Below are positions 62,216-64,000 of a stretch of DNA of 64,000 bases, in pieces; positions within the stretch are counted from its first letter, which is position 1, and every line of letters begins with the position of its first letter. The stretch lies in contig OY729416.1 in the NCBI GenBank assembly GCA_963422265.1, forward strand, positions 1,024,001 to 1,088,000, written 5' to 3'. This stretch comes from Thermodesulfobacteriota bacterium. Its GTDB lineage: Bacteria > Desulfobacterota_D > UBA1144 > Nemesobacterales > UBA2774. The position numbers and the translations under genes were made by a program. The notes under the pieces were generated by a model. It saw nothing but the letters and a program-made list of their open reading frames with translations, did not search any database and was not told the DNA's origin.

Positions 62216-63088
62216 ATGAACTATAAAGATCAGCACCCTTCAGCAATTTTAATTATTCACAGCCCTGACAAGAAAGGACTTGTAGCAGCGGTAACGGAGT
62301 TTATCTTTAAGAACGGGGGGAATATTCTTTATCTCGACCAACACGTGGACTCTGGACAGAAAGTATTCTTTATGCGCGTAGAGTGGAGCTTGGAGAACTT
62401 CGTTATTTCCAGAGATAAGATAGGGGAGTATTTTAATACCCTGATAGCCGAGAGATTTGATATGAAGTGGAATCTATACTTTTCCGATTACAGTCCAAGG
62501 ATGGCGATTTTCGTGTCTAAGCTCCCCCATTGCCTCAATGATATACTATCACACTGCCAGTCTGGGGAATGGAACGTTGGGATCCCCCTGATTATCAGCA
62601 ATCACGAAGACTTGAAAGAAATCGCAAAAATGCACGGTATTGATTTCCACTTTACGCCAAACGTCAAACAGAATAAAAAGCAAGCCGAAAAGAAACAGCT
62701 TGAGCTTCTTAGGGAATACAATATAGATTTTATAGTCCTCGCCAGATATATGCAGATAGTGAGCGACGAGTTCGTATCCTACTACCCTAATAAAATAATT
62801 AACATACATCATTCCTTCCTTCCTGCCTTTCCGGGCGCAAGACCTTATCATTCCGCTTACGAGCGCGGCGTGAAGATAATAGGAGCTACAAGCCACTATG
62901 TAACGGCTGAGCTTGACGCAGGTCCAATAATAGAACAGAACGTAGTCCGGGTAAGCCATAAGGACAGCGTTGAAGATTTAATCAGAAAGGGAAGATACCT
63001 TGAAAAAGTAGTTCTCTCACAGGCAATATGGCACCATCTGAAAAGACACATCCTCGTATATGGAAACAGGACGTTTATATTCAACTGA
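62216..63088 (+). CDS. purU: Formyltetrahydrofolate deformylase
   Basis: ACT domain, LARYMQ, INIHHSFLPAF.GA.PY. Confidence 0.95.
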   Translation: MNYKDQHPSAILIIHSPDKKGLVAAVTEFIFKNGGNILYLDQHVDSGQKVFFMRVEWSLENFVISRDKIGEYFNTLIAERFDMKWNLYFSDYSPRMAIFVSKLPHCLNDILSHCQSGEWNVGIPLIISNHEDLKEIAKMHGIDFHFTPNVKQNKKQAEKKQLELLREYNIDFIVLARYMQIVSDEFVSYYPNKIINIHHSFLPAFPGARPYHSAYERGVKIIGATSHYVTAELDAGPIIEQNVVRVSHKDSVEDLIRKGRYLEKVVLSQAIWHHLKRHILVYGNRTFIFN

Positions 63089-63099
63089 TAAAGTGCATG

Positions 63100-64000
63100 C
63101 TAATGCCTTTCTTCAAACGTAACCTTCTTGTCTTTAAGCGCTTCAACCGCCTTTTGAAGCCCGCCAATGGTAAGTGGAAACATCTTATTCCGCATAAATT
63201 CCCTAACCATGCCGATAGACTCCGTGAATCGCCATTCCTCAACGGGCGTCGGGTTTAGCCATACCATATCGGGGTATTTTTGCTTTATACGATTGAGCCA
63301 AGAAAATCCCGGTTCGTCGTTATTATGCTCAACGCTTCCATTCTGGTAGAGAAGCTCATAAGGAGACATGGATGCGTCCCCAACTAGTATAACTTTGTAA
63401 TCGCTGTTGTAAGTATTGAGGACTTCAAACGTCGGCGTTGCTTCCTGCCACCTCCTCTCATTATTCTTCCACACCGACTCGTAAACGCAGTTATGAAAAT
63501 AAAAATACTCCAAATGCTTAAACTCGTATTTCGCAGCCGAGAATAAGCGAGAGCAAAGTTCTATATGATCATCCATCGAACCACCGATATCCAAAAACAA
63601 GAGCACCTTTATGTTATTCTTTTTGGATGCCACCATTTCGAGTTCAAGGAGTCCGGCGTTCTTGCACGTCTTCTCAACTGTCTTATCTAGATTAAGCTCT
63701 TCTTTAACCCCTTCTCTCGTCAGTATGCGAAGTTTCCTGAGAGCCATCTTCATGTTTCTGGTCTGAAGTTCAACGCCATCATCCAAGTCCCTAAACTCGC
63801 GTTTGTCCCAAACTTTGATCGCCCTCCTATTTCTGTTGCCATCCTGTCCTATTCTTATACCTTCGGGGTTATAGCCATAGGCACCGAATGGTGACGTCCC
63901 ACCGGTGCCTATCCATCTATTCCCGCCCTGGTGTCTTTCCTTCTGCTTTTCCATAAGGTCTCTCAACCTTTCAAGGAGTTTGTCAAGACCACCCATAGAC
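63100..64000 (-). CDS. VWA/CoxE-like domain protein, 5' end outside the window
   Basis: RHQGGNRWIGTGGTSPFG, DIGGSM MIDAS-like motif, VGDASMSPYE. Confidence 0.85.
   Translation of the reverse strand, partial: SMGGLDKLLERLRDLMEKQKERHQGGNRWIGTGGTSPFGAYGYNPEGIRIGQDGNRNRRAIKVWDKREFRDLDDGVELQTRNMKMALRKLRILTREGVKEELNLDKTVEKTCKNAGLLELEMVASKKNNIKVLLFLDIGGSMDDHIELCSRLFSAAKYEFKHLEYFYFHNCVYESVWKNNERRWQEATPTFEVLNTYNSDYKVILVGDASMSPYELLYQNGSVEHNNDEPGFSWLNRIKQKYPDMVWLNPTPVEEWRFTESIGMVREFMRNKMFPLTIGGLQKAVEALKDKKVTFEERH

Overview
This is bacterial chromosomal DNA. The housekeeping gene order (miaB-DUF151-merR-tRNA-Pro; ffh-rpsP-khpA-rimM-trmD-rplS; atp operon lacking atpB/E; zapA-ygfA-rny) suggests a Desulfobacterota/Dadabacteria-like organism; this is inference only. 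About 2.5-29.2 kb, between tRNA-Pro(GGG) and serS, is an accessory defence island built on a type I restriction-modification operon (minus strand: hsdM, fic, HEPN, MNT-hsdS fusion ... hsdR). The main observation is that the ~15 kb between hsdS and the ATPase/hsdR end is an array of cargo cassettes separated by five decayed, partly synonymously diverged copies of the hsdS 3' tail (...RDTLLPKLMSGEV...). Three of these tails are paired with a palindromic non-coding element. Cargo includes a PIN-like nuclease, an Abi-P2-like reverse transcriptase, a DUF6978/DUF1828-1829 pair, a membrane protein with a proline-rich peptide, and a Fic protein. The PIN gene is split by a ~7.9 kb insert carrying a 2,100-aa repetitive autotransporter adhesin behind a 56-nt poly-C tract, plus a scrambled cytochrome c gene. 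The rest (29-64 kb) is mostly housekeeping, with a REP-like repeat cluster, a decayed DNA methyltransferase and a PHA synthesis cluster with two small-subunit paralogues. A frameshift in rplS warns that some indels may be assembly errors. All family assignments come from motif recognition, not database searches.
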